Positions 62,168-64,000 of a DNA stretch of 64,000 nucleotides are shown piece by piece. A program made the translations under genes and the position numbers. The notes beneath the pieces were generated by a model that was not told where the DNA came from, did no database searches, and saw nothing but the letters and a program-made list of their open reading frames with translations. The stretch comes from Spirochaetota bacterium (GTDB lineage Bacteria > Spirochaetota > UBA6919 > CBDBPB01). How positions within the stretch are numbered: the first letter of the stretch is position 1; each line of letters opens with the position of its first letter. Location of the stretch: assembly GCA_965208615.1 (NCBI GenBank), contig CBDBPB010000002.1, positions 32,001 to 96,000 of the forward strand, in the 5' to 3' direction.

Positions 62168-63082
62168 CTATTGTTTATGAGCTACGTGGGTAAAATGCTC
62201 TGTTACACCACTAGTTTGTGCAGTCCATGTTATACCATCGGTTGATGCTATAATTGTTCCGGCATTTCCTACAGCAACCCATTTATTATTATAATAAGTG
62301 ATACCATTAATTTGGTTTGTTATACCACTAACTATACTGCTCCAGGTTGTTCCATTGGATGATCCTATTAAGGTTCCATCAGCTCCGCCAGCAATCCACT
62401 TGTTACCATAAGCAATGCTATGTAGTTGTTTTGATGTACCACTAGTTAGGTTAGACCAGCTAGTTCCATTAGTTGATGTTATCATAGCACCATACCATCC
62501 AGCGGCAACCCATTTGCTATTACCATAGGCTACTGCAAAAAAATTAGTTAGTGAACCAATTTGTTGTGTCCATGTTGTTCCATCAGATGAAGTTTTAAGC
62601 ATTGTTGCATTTCCAACCACAACCCATTTATCGCCATAGGCTAATTCATAAAGTATATTTACACCCTGATTTTGTGAAGACCATGTTGTTCCATCACTTG
62701 ATGTTAGAATGATGCCAGCATTACCCACAGAGACCCATTGGTTATTAGCATAACTTATGTTGTGAAGAGTCTCTGTTGTACCACTGGTTACTGGACTCCA
62801 TGTAACTCCATCAGTTGATGTTAGCATTAGCCCTGTATTTCCAACAGCAATCCATTTACCATTGCCATAGGCTATACTTATAATATTTTTAATTGTGTTA
62901 GAGTTTTGTGATGTCCATTTAGACCCGTCAACTGATGTTGTAATAGTACCATTATTACCTACAGCAGTCCAAAATATCTCTTCAGTACTGTTTCCTGTAA
63001 CTGACTCAGATACATTATCACCACATGCCATTATAAACAAAAACATGCCTATCATAGCCATCAAAATAACTTTTGATTTCAT
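62168..63082 (-). CDS. Beta-propeller (BNR/Asp-box-like) repeat lipoprotein
   Basis: Lipobox IMAC; about 7 repeats of IAYG...W.AVG..G...TS.DG.TW. Confidence 0.85.
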   Translation of the reverse strand: MKSKVILMAMIGMFLFIMACGDNVSESVTGNSTEEIFWTAVGNNGTITTSVDGSKWTSQNSNTIKNIISIAYGNGKWIAVGNTGLMLTSTDGVTWSPVTSGTTETLHNISYANNQWVSVGNAGIILTSSDGTTWSSQNQGVNILYELAYGDKWVVVGNATMLKTSSDGTTWTQQIGSLTNFFAVAYGNSKWVAAGWYGAMITSTNGTSWSNLTSGTSKQLHSIAYGNKWIAGGADGTLIGSSNGTTWSSIVSGITNQINGITYYNNKWVAVGNAGTIIASTDGITWTAQTSGVTEHFTHVAHKQ

Positions 63083-63453
63083 AATAGTCTCCTTACATTT
63101 TATTTTAGTTTAATAAATATCTTATCAATTATAATTATAACCCAATTTTAATATATAACTAATATTAGGCTAAAGTAATCAGTTTGTTTCAAAGCAATTT
63201 AAACTGTACTTTAAATGATTATTTATAACTATAGTTAACTTTTATATTTGTCATAATGTGATAATATATTTTTATTCTAATTATTAATGATTGTTTAAAA
63301 AGTGGTTTGATATTTTCGTATAGTTTATTAAGTTTATAGTCTAATATATTTATAAGCTGTTGTATTTCTCTGATATAATAGTAAATAGTTATGCCATATT
63401 TAACTGTAATACAATCCAAATATAAAGATATATCCATTACTAAATTAATCTAA

Positions 63454-64000
<547 letters not shown>

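Noticed and set aside
63219-63437. 72-aa minus-strand ORF upstream of thrC
   Set aside because: Low-complexity AT-rich intergenic sequence with no recognisable features.

Overview
AT-rich bacterial chromosome segment, most likely from a spirochaete (two flaA sheath genes, a P83/100-family gene and a FlaB-type flagellin). In order: the 3' half of a type I-B CRISPR-Cas locus (cas3 tail, a hidden 2-repeat mini-array, cas4-cas1-cas2, a 4-repeat array); cobalamin genes (cbiG, cbiH, cobS, cobC); a decayed IS1595 carrying a type II restriction-modification pair between 147-bp direct repeats; ino1; a UDP-xylose synthase/GT2/methyltransferase operon ending in four tandem mosaic GT-C-like membrane paralogs; hypFBA; flagellar genes; a CCG-anchored (type E) succinate dehydrogenase; a sigma/anti-sigma pair; mltG; a family of Pmp-like beta-helix lipoprotein genes; qmoABC; arsenite oxidase aioBA; and the start of thrC. 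The least explained structure is a non-coding repeat family of three dispersed copies. One copy has a 146-bp subunit amplified about 9-fold, and together with the beta-helix genes these copies form nested inverted repeats around qmoABC. All calls come from reading the sequence and recalled protein motifs; no database searches were run.
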